From Prochlorothrix sp. (GTDB lineage: Bacteria; Cyanobacteriota; Cyanobacteriia; Prochlorotrichales; Prochlorotrichaceae): a stretch of DNA of 64,000 nucleotides. Of the stretch, positions 31,800 to 40,255 are shown piece after piece. Every line of letters begins with the position of its first letter. Position 1 is the first letter of the stretch. The position numbers and the translations under genes are program-made. The notes beneath the pieces were generated by a model. That model searched no databases. It saw only the letters and a list, made by a program, of their open reading frames with translations, and was not told the DNA's origin. The stretch lies in NCBI GenBank assembly GCA_035285005.1, contig JAYKIB010000093.1:190-64189 (forward strand), read 5' to 3'.

Positions 31800-32045
31800 C
31801 CTAGGGCGTGTCATCAAGTCACGATGGGAACCTTGCAACCGTTAGAGTTACACATCCGCCCCAGTGGTCTGCGCGTTGGCTGAGCTAGGGGCTGGGCACC
31901 TCAATTAATGGGGTTGCGCGGCTTCGCCGCACAACCCAACCCTTATTCTTACGTGGCTCACAGGAGAAAATTTGGATTAGTCGAGGTGCCCGGGCTGAGT
32001 CCCTGATCCTGAGGCAGTCTAGGGTTAAATGATGACAGCCCCTAG
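31800..32045. repeat. Family-3 MITE interrupted by a family-1 insertion
   Basis: The left part, 31800-31884, begins CCTAGGGCGTGTCATCAAGTCACGATGGGAACCTTGCAAC. The right part, 31993-32045, ends GATGACAGCCCCTAG. Confidence 0.78.
31885..31992. mobile_element. Family-1 element inserted inside a family-3 element, flanked by a 7-bp direct repeat GGCTGAG
   Basis: GGCTGAG occurs at 31878-31884 and again at 31993-31999. Removing 31885-31999 restores the family-3 consensus GGCTG(T/A)GTCCCTGA. Confidence 0.7.
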
Positions 32046-32051
32046 ACGGAA

Positions 32052-32417
32052 TTAGGCATCGATCGCATGGGACTGAAGCTCACCCAAGGACACATATTCC
32101 AACGTGGAAGCGTGGGTAGACTCCAGGACCACTTGGGGGGCCATTCCCGCATCGAGGGCTTCTTTCCAGCGGGAGGCACAGAGACACCAGCGATCGCCCG
32201 GTTTCAAGCCGGGAAATTGGTAGGCAGGAACAGGCGTCGATAGATCATTACCTTTGGCTTTACTAAAGGCCAAAAAGTCGGCAGTCATCTTGGCACAAAC
32301 CGTATGGGCACCGTAGTCCCCAGCCCCCGTGTTACAACAACCATCACGGTAAAATCCCGTCATGGGATCGGTGGAACAGGGCTGGAGGGGAGTCCCTAAA
32401 ACGTTACTTGCATTCAT
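32052..32417 (-). CDS. DUF2237 family protein
   Basis: PMTGFYRDGCCNTGAGDYGAHTVCA...GDRWCLCASRW is the typical Cys-rich DUF2237 pattern. Confidence 0.8.
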   Translation of the reverse strand: MNASNVLGTPLQPCSTDPMTGFYRDGCCNTGAGDYGAHTVCAKMTADFLAFSKAKGNDLSTPVPAYQFPGLKPGDRWCLCASRWKEALDAGMAPQVVLESTHASTLEYVSLGELQSHAIDA

Positions 32418-32445
32418 CTCAACAACAAATCTAAAAGATACATGA

Positions 32446-32544
32446 GGGCATCTCGATTCGTCCCAATGCTGGGGAGACAGCCTCGGTCAGAATCAAGATT
32501 TGGGTTAGACGGCTGCGCTGTCAACCCCATTCATCGAGGTACCC
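32446..32544. repeat. Family-1 variant, diverged
   Basis: GGGCATCTCGATTCG...GGGGAGACAGCCTCGGTCAGAATCAAGATTTGGGTTAGACGGCTGCGCTGTCAACCCCATTCATCGAGGTACCC. Confidence 0.7.
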
Positions 32545-32576
32545 ATAAAGCAGTCTAGTGACGAGTGGAACTGACC

Positions 32577-32639
32577 GGGCACCTCGAAAAATTCAAATTT
32601 CTACCACGGTGTCCACGGCCACACTTAATCGAGGTGCCC
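32577..32639. repeat. Family-1 short form (TIRs without the GC hairpin)
   Basis: GGGCACCTCGAAAAATTCAAATTTCTACCACGGTGTCCACGGCCACACTTAATCGAGGTGCCC. Confidence 0.75.
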
Positions 32640-32795
32640 GACCGTCACTCTGCTTGTGAAGTTTCACTAGCTTAGGGGTTTATAGACTACGTTTTAGCTG
32701 CAATTGCCGAAATCTGCAAGAGCTGACACCGGCCGTCCCCCTGCTTCATCCCACCTTTTCCAGTTGCCCACATTTCCCAACTGCCAACGGTCTCC

Positions 32796-32960
32796 AGGAC
32801 ACCTCAATTCATCCAAAGGGCACCTCGAAAAATCAACGCTCTTGCCCAGTGACCCACCTCAGGGTACCTCGATTAATTGTGGCAGGCGGCGAAGCCGCCT
32901 GCCACAATCCTGACTCTACCGTGGGCACTGCGGTCGAAATTTGAATTTTTCGAGGTGCCC
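32796..32960. repeat. Family-1 composite cluster
   Basis: Four TIR-like ends and the hairpin TTGTGGCAGGCGGCGAAGCCGCCTGCCACAA. Confidence 0.85.
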
Positions 32961-33155
32961 CTCAGAATCAGGAAGGATTTAGGGTGAGGGCTTCCAAAAC
33001 GGGATGCACCCAGTCACAGGATCAAAGCTTGGGTCTCGGCAGCGCCCCATTCATATTTATTTACATTGATCAACGCAGTGGACGGAAGGAGAGCCTTTAT
33101 ACTAGGGGCATCTTACTTTTCATAATCCTTTCATACTCCTATCAGGACTCCACCC

Positions 33156-34079
33156 ATGCCTGTGCCCGACCCGTCCCCCAACCCTGTCCCCAGTTCCCTG
33201 CCCGACCTGCTATCCGGTTTCCCGTCGAGCACCCCAAGCACCAGTCCGAGCAGCACATCCAGCACCTCAGCCCGCTCCCATCTGAGTGCCGTTCCCTCCC
33301 CCGGCGGGGCGCAGGGTTCCAGGGTCCCAGGGTCTACCGCACCCTTAGATCCCATCTGGGTTACCCATCTGAGTGTGACCTACCGAGATGTGCAGGCCCT
33401 GGAGGATGTGAGCGTAACGATTCAGCCCGGACAGTTAACGGGGTTGATTGGTCCGAATGGAGCCGGAAAGAGCACATTAATTAAAGCCATGCTGGGGTTG
33501 GTGCCCAGTCAACAGGGTAGCGTTCGCGTGGGCGATCGATCGCTGGCGGAGCAACGGGAACGGATTGCCTATGTGCCCCAACGATCGCAAATTGACTGGA
33601 CCTATCCGGCCACGGTGTGGGACGTGGTGATGATGGGACGGGTGCGCAAAACCGGGTGGTTACGGCCCTTTTCCGGCGTGAGTCGGCGTTTGGCCCTAGC
33701 CGCCTTGGAGCGAGTGGGCATGGCTCACCTGCGGCATCGATCGATCGGGGCCTTGTCCGGAGGACAACAGCAACGGGTTTTTCTGGCCCGGTCCCTGGCT
33801 CAAGAAGCGGATATTTTCTGCTTTGATGAGCCATTTGTGGGGGTGGATCAGAAGACAGAGACCATTTTGTTTGAGATTTTCCAAGATTTAGCGCGTCAAG
33901 GCAAGATTGTGCTGGTGGTGAACCACGACTTAGGCGAGTCCATTACCCATTTTGACAGTTTAATTTTGCTCAACCGGCAGGTGATCGCTGCAGGTCCCCG
34001 TACCCAGGTCATTCAGCAGGACAACCTCCACCGGGCCTACGGAGGGCAGGTGCAGTTTTTTGGGGCTGAAGCTGCCTAG
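33156..34079 (+). CDS. Metal (Mn/Zn-type) ABC transporter ATP-binding protein with a Ser/Pro-rich N-terminal extension
   Basis: GLIGPNGAGKSTL, LSGGQQQRVFLARSL, IFCFDEPFVGVD. No in-frame ATG lies between 33156 and the Walker A. Confidence 0.88.
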   Translation: MPVPDPSPNPVPSSLPDLLSGFPSSTPSTSPSSTSSTSARSHLSAVPSPGGAQGSRVPGSTAPLDPIWVTHLSVTYRDVQALEDVSVTIQPGQLTGLIGPNGAGKSTLIKAMLGLVPSQQGSVRVGDRSLAEQRERIAYVPQRSQIDWTYPATVWDVVMMGRVRKTGWLRPFSGVSRRLALAALERVGMAHLRHRSIGALSGGQQQRVFLARSLAQEADIFCFDEPFVGVDQKTETILFEIFQDLARQGKIVLVVNHDLGESITHFDSLILLNRQVIAAGPRTQVIQQDNLHRAYGGQVQFFGAEAA

Positions 34080-34091
34080 GACACAAAAATC

Positions 34092-34961
34092 ATGACTGTC
34101 TTAACCCATTGGCTGTTAGAGCCATTGCAGTATGGCTTTATGCAGCGATCGCTCCTGATTGCTGTGATTGTGGGCTTTATTTGTGCCCTTGTGGGTAGCT
34201 ACCTCATGGTCCAACGCTTGGCCCTGCTGGGGGATGCCATTAGCCATTCGGTGCTCCCAGGTTTAGCCATCGCCTTCTTGCTGAATATCAATATTTTTGT
34301 GGGGGCATTTCTAGCGGGCATCCTCAGTACGGTCTTGATTACTTGGATCCACACCCGATCGCCCATCAAGGAAGATGCCGCCATGGGGATTGTATTTTCG
34401 GCCTTCTTTGCCCTGGGGATCACATTGATTACGGCCATCCAGAAGGAAAACAAAATCGACCTCAATCATTTTTTGTTCGGTAATATCTTGGGCGTGACCC
34501 AAGCTGATGTACGTGATACTACGGTAATCGCCGTGGTTATCTTAATCGTCGTCCTTGCGTTGTACAAAGAGCTATTGTTTTACACCTTTGATCCCCTGGG
34601 TGCCCAGGCAGCGGGCCTACCGGTGAACACCTTGAACTTTGGCTTGATGGTACTGATCGCCTTAACAGTGGTGGCCAGTTTGAAGGCTGTGGGAGTCATT
34701 TTAGTCTTATCCCTGCTTATTACACCCAGCGCAACCGCTTACCTCCTAGTGCCGCGACTTTATCAAGTTATGCTCCTGGGGGCAGCAATTGGCGTGTTCT
34801 CCAGTATTAATGGCATGTATTTGAGCTACTGGTATAACTTGCCCTCGGGTCCGGCGATCGTGTTGGTTGCTTCGGGGTGTTTTACCCTAGCCCTGCTGTT
34901 GAGTCCGCGCCATGGCCTCTTGACCCAAGCCCTGGGGTTGACCCGATCGCCCCGCTCCTAA
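34092..34961 (+). CDS. Metal ABC transporter permease (ABC-3 family, MntB/ZnuB-like)
   Basis: Polytopic membrane protein with LLGDAISHSVLPG and ITPSATAYLL motifs. It starts 13 bp after the ATPase gene. Confidence 0.88.
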   Translation: MTVLTHWLLEPLQYGFMQRSLLIAVIVGFICALVGSYLMVQRLALLGDAISHSVLPGLAIAFLLNINIFVGAFLAGILSTVLITWIHTRSPIKEDAAMGIVFSAFFALGITLITAIQKENKIDLNHFLFGNILGVTQADVRDTTVIAVVILIVVLALYKELLFYTFDPLGAQAAGLPVNTLNFGLMVLIALTVVASLKAVGVILVLSLLITPSATAYLLVPRLYQVMLLGAAIGVFSSINGMYLSYWYNLPSGPAIVLVASGCFTLALLLSPRHGLLTQALGLTRSPRS

Positions 34962-35110
34962 CCCAACCACTCCGTGAAAATACGAGATCGAACAACGGGT
35001 CACAGCGTAGATTGGGCCCCAAGGGTCAGCAGAAAATCCGAGTTCCCACGGATTGCAGTTTCTTAACCGTGACGTAATCTATAGGTAAGTTGCATATTCT
35101 CAAGAGTCTC

Positions 35111-35139
35111 AGCCACCGGTTGGGGCTTTTTTCCTTTTT
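35111..35139 (+). terminator. Intrinsic terminator downstream of the metal ABC operon
   Basis: AGCC(A)CC-GGTT-GGGGCT hairpin followed by TTTTTCCTTTTT. Confidence 0.5.
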
Positions 35140-35164
35140 AAAGCTTTGAAAGCACTTCGACCCA

Positions 35165-35390
35165 TGGTGGTCAGCGGCTTCGCCGCCCAACGCTCCCTAA
35201 CGCTCCCCATTCACCCCCGACCCTGGGCGGTCCCTGGACAACAGATCGTGATCATCGAGGTATCCTCAAGTTTTAGGCGTTAGGGCACCCCTACACCGGC
35301 GAGCAGCGAAGCGACCCACCACACTCCTGATTCAGACGTGGATCCTGGGGGCCACAAACGTAGAAATCGGACTTTTCGAGGTGCCTTGCA
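35165..35390. repeat. Cluster of decayed family-1 fragments
   Basis: GGTCAGCGGCTTCGCCGCCCAAC, ATCATCGAGGTATCC, GAGCAGCGAAGCGACCCACCACACTCCTGATTCAGAC, ACTTTTCGAGGTGCC. Confidence 0.5.
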
Positions 35391-35482
35391 CTGTTGGCAA
35401 CAGCACCGTACAAGAAAGATAGGCGTTGCCCTGCTGCAGTCAGGACAACCCCCTACCCCCGATCTATCTACCCAGTGCCGTT

Positions 35483-36781
35483 ATGAGAATGCCCTCGATC
35501 GTCCCCCACCTTCCCCCCTCTGGTGCCGAAATTATTTGCGTGGGTACAGAATTGCTGCTGGGGGACATCCTCAATAGCAATGCTCGCTTCATCGCCCAGC
35601 AACTCGCCCAACTGGTGATTCCCCACTACTATCAAACCATCGTGGGGGACAATCCCGATCGACTGAAACAGGCAATTGCCACGGCCTACGATCGATCCCA
35701 AATTCTCATTTTCACCGGTGGTCTCGGTCCCACCCCCGACGACCTCACCACCGAGACAATCGCGGACTTCTTTGGGGTGCCCTGGGTCGAACATCCCCAA
35801 GCCCTCGCCACCCTAACGGCCCTCTACCAGGAACGGGGGCGGGAGATGAAAGATGCCGATCGAAAACAGGCCCGCTTACCCCAAGGTGCAGACATTTTGC
35901 CCAACCCGATCGGTTCAGCGGTGGGTATCATTTGGACGCCCCAACCCGATCGTTTGATTCTAACCTTTCCAGGTGTCCCCAAGGAAATGGAAGCAATGTG
36001 GCGACAAACAGCGGTCCCCTACTTGCAACAGCGGGGCTGGAGTCAGACAACCCTCGTTAGCCGTACCCTGCGATTTTGGGGCATTTCTGAGTCCGAATTA
36101 GCCGATCGCGCCCAACCCTATTTAGCCCAAACTCAACCCACCGTCGCGCCCTATGCGGACTGGGGCGAAGTCCAGCTTCGCATCACCGCCCAGGGCCAAA
36201 CTCCCACAGAAGCACGAGCCCAAATTGCGCCCACAGAAACCGCACTGCGGCAATTGGGGGGGACTCACTGTTACGGTGCCGATGACGATACCTTAGCATC
36301 GGTCCTAGGCCACTTACTCCAGAATCGAGGACAATCCTTAGCAGTGGCCGAATCCTGTACCGGAGGATGCGTAGGAGCCATGATGACGGCGATTCCCGGC
36401 AGTTCTGCCTACTTTTGGGGCGGGGTCATTGCCTATGACAATGCGGTGAAGGTGAAGCTCCTGGGGGTTGAGGCGGAGACCTTGGGGCAACTGGGAGCCG
36501 TGAGTGCCCCCGTGGCGGAACAGATGGCGCGGGGCGTGTGCGATCGACTGGGGACAGACTGGGGCTTGAGTTTAACGGGAATTGCAGGACCAGGGGGCGG
36601 CAGTGACGAAAAGCCGGTGGGGTTAGTGTATATCGGTCTGGCGCAGCGAGTTGCACCGGAGCACATCCAAACGCAAACCTTTGAATGCCGTTGGAATCCA
36701 CGTCGGGGTCGGGAGTGGATCCGGCGCATCAGTGCCTGTGAAGCGATCGATCGGCTGCGCTGCGCGATTCTGGCGCAATAG
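35483..36781 (+). CDS. cinA: CinA-family competence/damage-inducible protein (MoCF-binding domain + PncC nicotinamide-nucleotide amidase domain)
   Basis: AEIICVGTELLLGDILNSNA, GGLGPTPDDLT, LAVAESCTGG. Start is ambiguous (ATG at 35426, 35483 or 35489). Confidence 0.9.
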   Translation: MRMPSIVPHLPPSGAEIICVGTELLLGDILNSNARFIAQQLAQLVIPHYYQTIVGDNPDRLKQAIATAYDRSQILIFTGGLGPTPDDLTTETIADFFGVPWVEHPQALATLTALYQERGREMKDADRKQARLPQGADILPNPIGSAVGIIWTPQPDRLILTFPGVPKEMEAMWRQTAVPYLQQRGWSQTTLVSRTLRFWGISESELADRAQPYLAQTQPTVAPYADWGEVQLRITAQGQTPTEARAQIAPTETALRQLGGTHCYGADDDTLASVLGHLLQNRGQSLAVAESCTGGCVGAMMTAIPGSSAYFWGGVIAYDNAVKVKLLGVEAETLGQLGAVSAPVAEQMARGVCDRLGTDWGLSLTGIAGPGGGSDEKPVGLVYIGLAQRVAPEHIQTQTFECRWNPRRGREWIRRISACEAIDRLRCAILAQ

Positions 36782-36813
36782 TCAGCCTATCTATCCCCTG
36801 ACCCAGGAAAATT

Positions 36814-36865
36814 CAGAATTGTGGTGTGTGGCTTCGCCGCATACCACAATTCATCGAAGTGGCCC
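36814..36865. repeat. Family-1 half element (inverted)
   Basis: CAGAATTGTGGTGTGTGGCTTCGCCGCATACCACAATTCATCGAAGTGGCCC. Confidence 0.75.
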
Positions 36866-36886
36866 CAAAAAAGCCCGAAGCCCTGG

Positions 36887-37408
36887 TCAAGCCGGTAATT
36901 CCACCTTAGGGAATGAAGGCAAATCCACATGGGTGACATTGCGATTCCGCACCGCAAGACGATAGCTCACACTTTGGAGCTCAGCGTGGAGTTGGCGATT
37001 TTCGCGCTGGAGTTGGCTGACCTTCTCCTTAATCGGCACGATGCGCTCATTAAACTTCTGACGGTAGATGGTGGGGAGCTCCTGCACCACCTGCTCCAGC
37101 ATTCGCGACCGATCGGTCAGTTCCTGCACCGTTTGCCGTAATTGGTAAATTTCTGCATCCCGCTCCGACAGTTGCTCTTGGTAAAACGCCACCTGCTCCT
37201 CAACCCCTTGGAGTTGCTCCCGCAGCTTGCGCATCTCCCCCAGGTGTTGCTCTGAAAGGGCAGGACTCGGTGTGAGGTTCGTATTGCCCTTAACGAGGCG
37301 AAATAGCTCCTGGGACAGTTGCTGGACCAACTGATCTCGCATGTTCAGTTCTTCCCGCAGGCGGCTCACTTCAGCTTGCAGGGCTTGGATGTTAGGAAGT
37401 TCGACCAT
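36887..37408 (-). CDS. Coiled-coil protein of unknown function
   Basis: 173-aa ORF with continuous heptad-like Q/E/L/R-rich sequence and no overlap with repeats. No recognisable catalytic motif. Confidence 0.5.
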   Translation of the reverse strand: MVELPNIQALQAEVSRLREELNMRDQLVQQLSQELFRLVKGNTNLTPSPALSEQHLGEMRKLREQLQGVEEQVAFYQEQLSERDAEIYQLRQTVQELTDRSRMLEQVVQELPTIYRQKFNERIVPIKEKVSQLQRENRQLHAELQSVSYRLAVRNRNVTHVDLPSFPKVELPA

Positions 37409-38116
37409 GGTGTGTGTTGGCTCCTTATATTTCAGATCTGATCGGGCAGGAGAGCGGTGGTGACGGACCGGTTGGTTACTGAGGGTCAGGTTGAAGCGAT
37501 CGGATTTAAGCGAGTTGAGTTCAGGTGCGCCTAGGGGACTCCGATCGGGTACGCCGACCCAGTGAGACCGGGAAAAACCAGATTAATGTCCCCATGGAGG
37601 CAGGACCTAATGGGAACAAGACCCAGGGAAAGCAAGGGATTGGGCCACCCACCGAGCCTCCCCATCCTTCCGTCCGTCACCTCGCTAAAGTTGGCCCTTA
37701 CCAAGGTGTCCCCCGGGTGTCTTCCCCAGGTGTCCCCCCCCAAGTGCCCCTCAGTATAGGAGGGTTTGGTTTTTTTGGCAGATTTCCCCGAGGAGGAAGA
37801 CGGGAGTAGGTGCGATGCTCCCCAAATCCCCCTAGGAATGGAGGTCGATCGGGGGAGGTCGATCGGAGGGAACGCTAAAATTTTGTGCCATCTATAGCAC
37901 AGGGATCTAAGGTTGGGCAAGTCAGACTGAGCAAGGCCGATCACCGGGTTAATCGTGGGGCTGCGGCTCCCAGGTTTTCAAAATTTTGCAGCCGGTCATG
38001 TTTTGAGCCACTGGATGAGCCACTCAACGACTGCCATACTGGAGTTTCAGCCAGTCCCACGTTAGCCAGTCCCACGTTAGCCATCATCTACTCTAGCCAT
38101 CATTATTTCAGCCGCC

Positions 38117-38497
38117 ATGACCCCAGCCGTTCCCCAACCTGCCGCCCAGCCTTCCCCAGACGATTACGGCCTCGTCCTGACCACCGCCGCATCCGAAGCC
38201 GAAGCCCAAACCCTAGCCCAGGCCCTCGTGACCCAGCAACTGGCGGCATGCGTTAATTTTTTCCCCATTCACTCGGTCTATACCTGGCAAGGCACCGTGG
38301 AGTCTAGCCCCGAGTGGCAGCTCTATATAAAGACACGCCGCTCTCACTTTCCCGCTATTCAAACGCTCTTTACCGCAATCCACTCCTACGAAGTTCCCGA
38401 GTTGATCCTCATCCCCCTAACGGCAGCCAGTTCACCCTATCTCCACTGGATGGCCGCCCAAACCCAAGCCGCTCCAGCCTCTACCGGCCCCGATTAA
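38117..38497 (+). CDS. cutA: Divalent-cation tolerance protein CutA
   Basis: LVLTTAASEAEAQTLAQALVTQQLAACVN...YTWQG...EW...IHSYEVPE conserved CutA pattern. Confidence 0.85.
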   Translation: MTPAVPQPAAQPSPDDYGLVLTTAASEAEAQTLAQALVTQQLAACVNFFPIHSVYTWQGTVESSPEWQLYIKTRRSHFPAIQTLFTAIHSYEVPELILIPLTAASSPYLHWMAAQTQAAPASTGPD

Positions 38498-38569
38498 CCG
38501 CAGTGAGCGGCTGTGCCGCTCAACACCCCCCTAAACCTGACCTAGGCAACCTCCCCAACACTTATATTT

Positions 38570-38872
38570 GGGCACCTCGATTAATTGTGGCCTGCGGCCA
38601 CAATCAGGATTATGCCGTGGACATCGTGGTAGACATTTGAATTAATCGGGATGCCCTTTTGATCCCTTCAGGGCACCTCAATTAATTGTGGAGGGCGGCG
38701 AAGCCGCCCTCCACAACCCTGATTCCTACGGGCACCTCGATTAATTGTGGCCTGCGGCTTCGCCGCAGGCCACAACCCTAATTCTTACGTAGGTCACTGG
38801 ACAAGAACTGTGATTTTTCGAGGTGCCCCTACGTGGATCAATGGGCGAAAATTTGGATTTTTCGAGGTGCCC
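38570..38872. repeat. Array of four consecutive family-1 units
   Basis: Unit starts at 38570, 38671 and 38730, with a terminal fragment ending at 38872. The hairpins differ: TTGTGGCCTGCGGCCACAA (short), TTGTGGAGGGCGGCGAAGCCGCCCTCCACAA and TTGTGGCCTGCGGCTTCGCCGCAGGCCACAA. Confidence 0.88.
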
Positions 38873-39047
38873 TTCAATTTTACGGGAGCGATCCCCGGGA
38901 CTTGAATCAGTCGAGACACCCCAAAGTTTGTGAAATATTGCCTTTGTTAAAGTTTCGTAAATTTTATTTTGAGCAAAAATTGGCCCAAAACCTTACCCTG
39001 CAAAGGCTACAGCGATTTACAGCCCGAACATCTATCGTCTCGATCGG

Positions 39048-39082
39048 TTGACACCTAGACGCGAAACGGTAACAATGGCTAC
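39048..39082 (+). promoter_or_regulatory. Sigma70-like promoter (TTGACA-17 nt-AACAAT) overlapped by an NtcA-type box GTA-N8-TAC (39069-39082)
   Basis: TTGACA at 39048-39053, a 17-nt spacer, AACAAT at 39071-39076. GTAACAATGGCTAC spans the -10. All of this lies 15-50 nt upstream of riboswitch 1. Confidence 0.45.
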
Positions 39083-39096
39083 AGAGCAAAGAAAAA

Positions 39097-39178
39097 CGTT
39101 CATCCCCGCTGAGTCCGGAACGACTTCTCTCCCGGAATGCTGGGGACGGAAGTAGGGAGATATCCCGAAGGAACGCGC
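39097..39178 (+). promoter_or_regulatory. Glutamine riboswitch (glnA RNA motif), copy 1
   Basis: CGTTCA...GGGGACGGAAGTAGGGAGATATCCCGAAGGAACGCGC. P1 is CGTTC/GAACG, with the conserved GGACGGAAGUAGG and CGAAGGAACGC cores, the P2 hairpin GGGA-GATA-TCCC, and a variable insert hairpin TCCGG...CCGGA. Confidence 0.8.
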
Positions 39179-39222
39179 ATCAGATCCCTAAACATCTGAA
39201 TCGTGTGTTCAAGGAGAACATT

Positions 39223-39393
39223 ATGCGCATGACCTATCGCGGCGTAAGTTACGAACAAAACGCTCCTGCTGTAGAAGTTAAAGAAGCACAAAAAGTCGGG
39301 CATTATCGAGGTCAGGAATTACACTTCCACTCCCTTCTCGCTCAGCCCGTATTGCAACCCACTTTTCATCTCGTTTATCGGGGCATTGGCTAA
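39223..39393 (+). CDS. DUF4278 mini-protein (56 aa) downstream of a glutamine riboswitch
   Basis: MRMTYRGVSY...YRG...LVYRG repeats typical of DUF4278. AAGGAGA RBS at 39211-39217, 5 nt before the ATG. Confidence 0.7.
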   Translation: MRMTYRGVSYEQNAPAVEVKEAQKVGHYRGQELHFHSLLAQPVLQPTFHLVYRGIG

Positions 39394-39505
39394 TAACAGT
39401 GAGCTAGCCCGTTATTGAAGTGACTGAAATCCCTGAGCTGGATGCAGTTAGCCCTTGTGAAGCCTATAAAGCTTTAACCTTCTTCAATATCCATTTTGAC
39501 TCAAT

Positions 39506-39572
39506 CGTTCATCCTGCTTGTACCGTGACGGACAGTAGGACGGAAGTAAGGAGAAATCCTGAAGGAACGCGC
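39506..39572 (+). promoter_or_regulatory. Glutamine riboswitch (glnA RNA motif), copy 2
   Basis: CGTTCATCCT...AGGACGGAAGTAAGGAGAAATCCTGAAGGAACGCGC. Same conserved cores, with compensatory P2 changes (AGGA-GAAA-TCCT) relative to copy 1. Confidence 0.8.
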
Positions 39573-39615
39573 CTCTCTCTCACTACACATGACTGAATGA
39601 TTTGGAGGCGAAACC

Positions 39616-40056
39616 ATGAAAATGACCTATCGCGGTATTTCTTACGACTACACTCCCCCCGCTGTTGAAACCAAGCAAGGTGACTTGGTAGGCCGTTATC
39701 GGGGTCTGGACTGGCGCTTCTGCGGTGGAGCCAAGTCCTATGTTCAACAACCCTCTTTGGATTTGGTCTATCGCGGCGTTGCGTACAACACTCAGCAGAA
39801 GGCTGTGGACGCTCCCGAGACCGATCGCACTGTAGCTCCCGTGCCCGCTCTGGCTGCCACCACCGATCGCGCTCGCCAGTTGGTTGTGAACCACCAGGTT
39901 GCGATTAAAAAGCGCCAGCAAGCGATGCTGACCCGCTTGGCCGCTGAGGTGGGTTTGACCACCCGTGATGCTGGTAGCTACTGGAACCGCATCCAAGGTA
40001 AGGTTCATCCCTCTTTCCGGAGCAGCTACGATCGCAGCCGTGTTGCCATGAGCTAA
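39616..40056 (+). CDS. gifB: Glutamine synthetase inactivating factor IF17-like protein (DUF4278 N-terminal part + IF7-like C-terminal part)
   Basis: N-terminus MKMTYRGISYDY (DUF4278). The C-terminus ARQLVVNHQVAIKKRQQAMLTRLAAEVG...WNRIQGK..PSFRSSYDRS closely resembles my recollection of Synechocystis IF7/IF17. GGAGG RBS. Preceded by a glutamine riboswitch. Confidence 0.7.
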   Translation: MKMTYRGISYDYTPPAVETKQGDLVGRYRGLDWRFCGGAKSYVQQPSLDLVYRGVAYNTQQKAVDAPETDRTVAPVPALAATTDRARQLVVNHQVAIKKRQQAMLTRLAAEVGLTTRDAGSYWNRIQGKVHPSFRSSYDRSRVAMS

Positions 40057-40103
40057 GGCTCTAATGGGATAAAGCCGATGAGGCTGTAATACATCAGCCT
40101 CTA

Positions 40104-40203
40104 GGGCACCTCGATTCATTGGGTTGCACGGCTTTGCCGCGCAACCCAACCCTAATTCTGCCGTGGGTACTGCGGTGAAAATCTGTATTAATCGAGGTGT
40201 CCC
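40104..40203. repeat. Family-1 element, full copy, between the gifB stop and its terminator
   Basis: Flanks identical to 19791-19890. The hairpin here is TTGGGTTGCACGGCTTTGCCGCGCAACCCAA. Confidence 0.9.
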
Positions 40204-40255
40204 CTAGACAGTGAACTAATGATCTGCCCTACAACTATCAGTAAAGTTTGCCCAG

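Noticed and set aside
33000-33155. Possible Zur/Fur/MntR operator in the AT-rich stretch TTCATATTTATTTACATTGATCAA upstream of the metal ABC operon
   Set aside because: The sequence is not convincingly palindromic and does not match the Fur/Zur consensus well enough by eye.
38570-38872. A regularly spaced GGGCACCTCGATTAAT array that could be mistaken for a CRISPR locus
   Set aside because: The 'spacers' are themselves conserved repeat modules (hairpin + CCCTGATTCT) found all over the window. Unit lengths are irregular (about 101, 59 and 99 bp plus a 44-bp terminal fragment). Repeat orientation alternates. No cas genes or leader are present.
39421-39505. A separate promoter or NtcA site for the second riboswitch/gifB
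   Set aside because: No -35/-10 pair with acceptable spacing and no GTA-N8-TAC was found. The only GTA-N8-GAC lies inside the aptamer. Co-transcription with the first unit is therefore the simpler reading, but it is untested.
39583-40149. A 188-aa minus-strand ORF antisense to gifB, and similar ORFs at 19366-19836, 25318-25728, 47175-47387, 49077-49598, 53052-53270, 60430-60702 and 62150-62377
   Set aside because: All read through family-1/2/3 repeats, giving recurring peptides such as GWAAKPPN / AAQPNP, or they run antisense to better-supported genes. No independent coding evidence exists.
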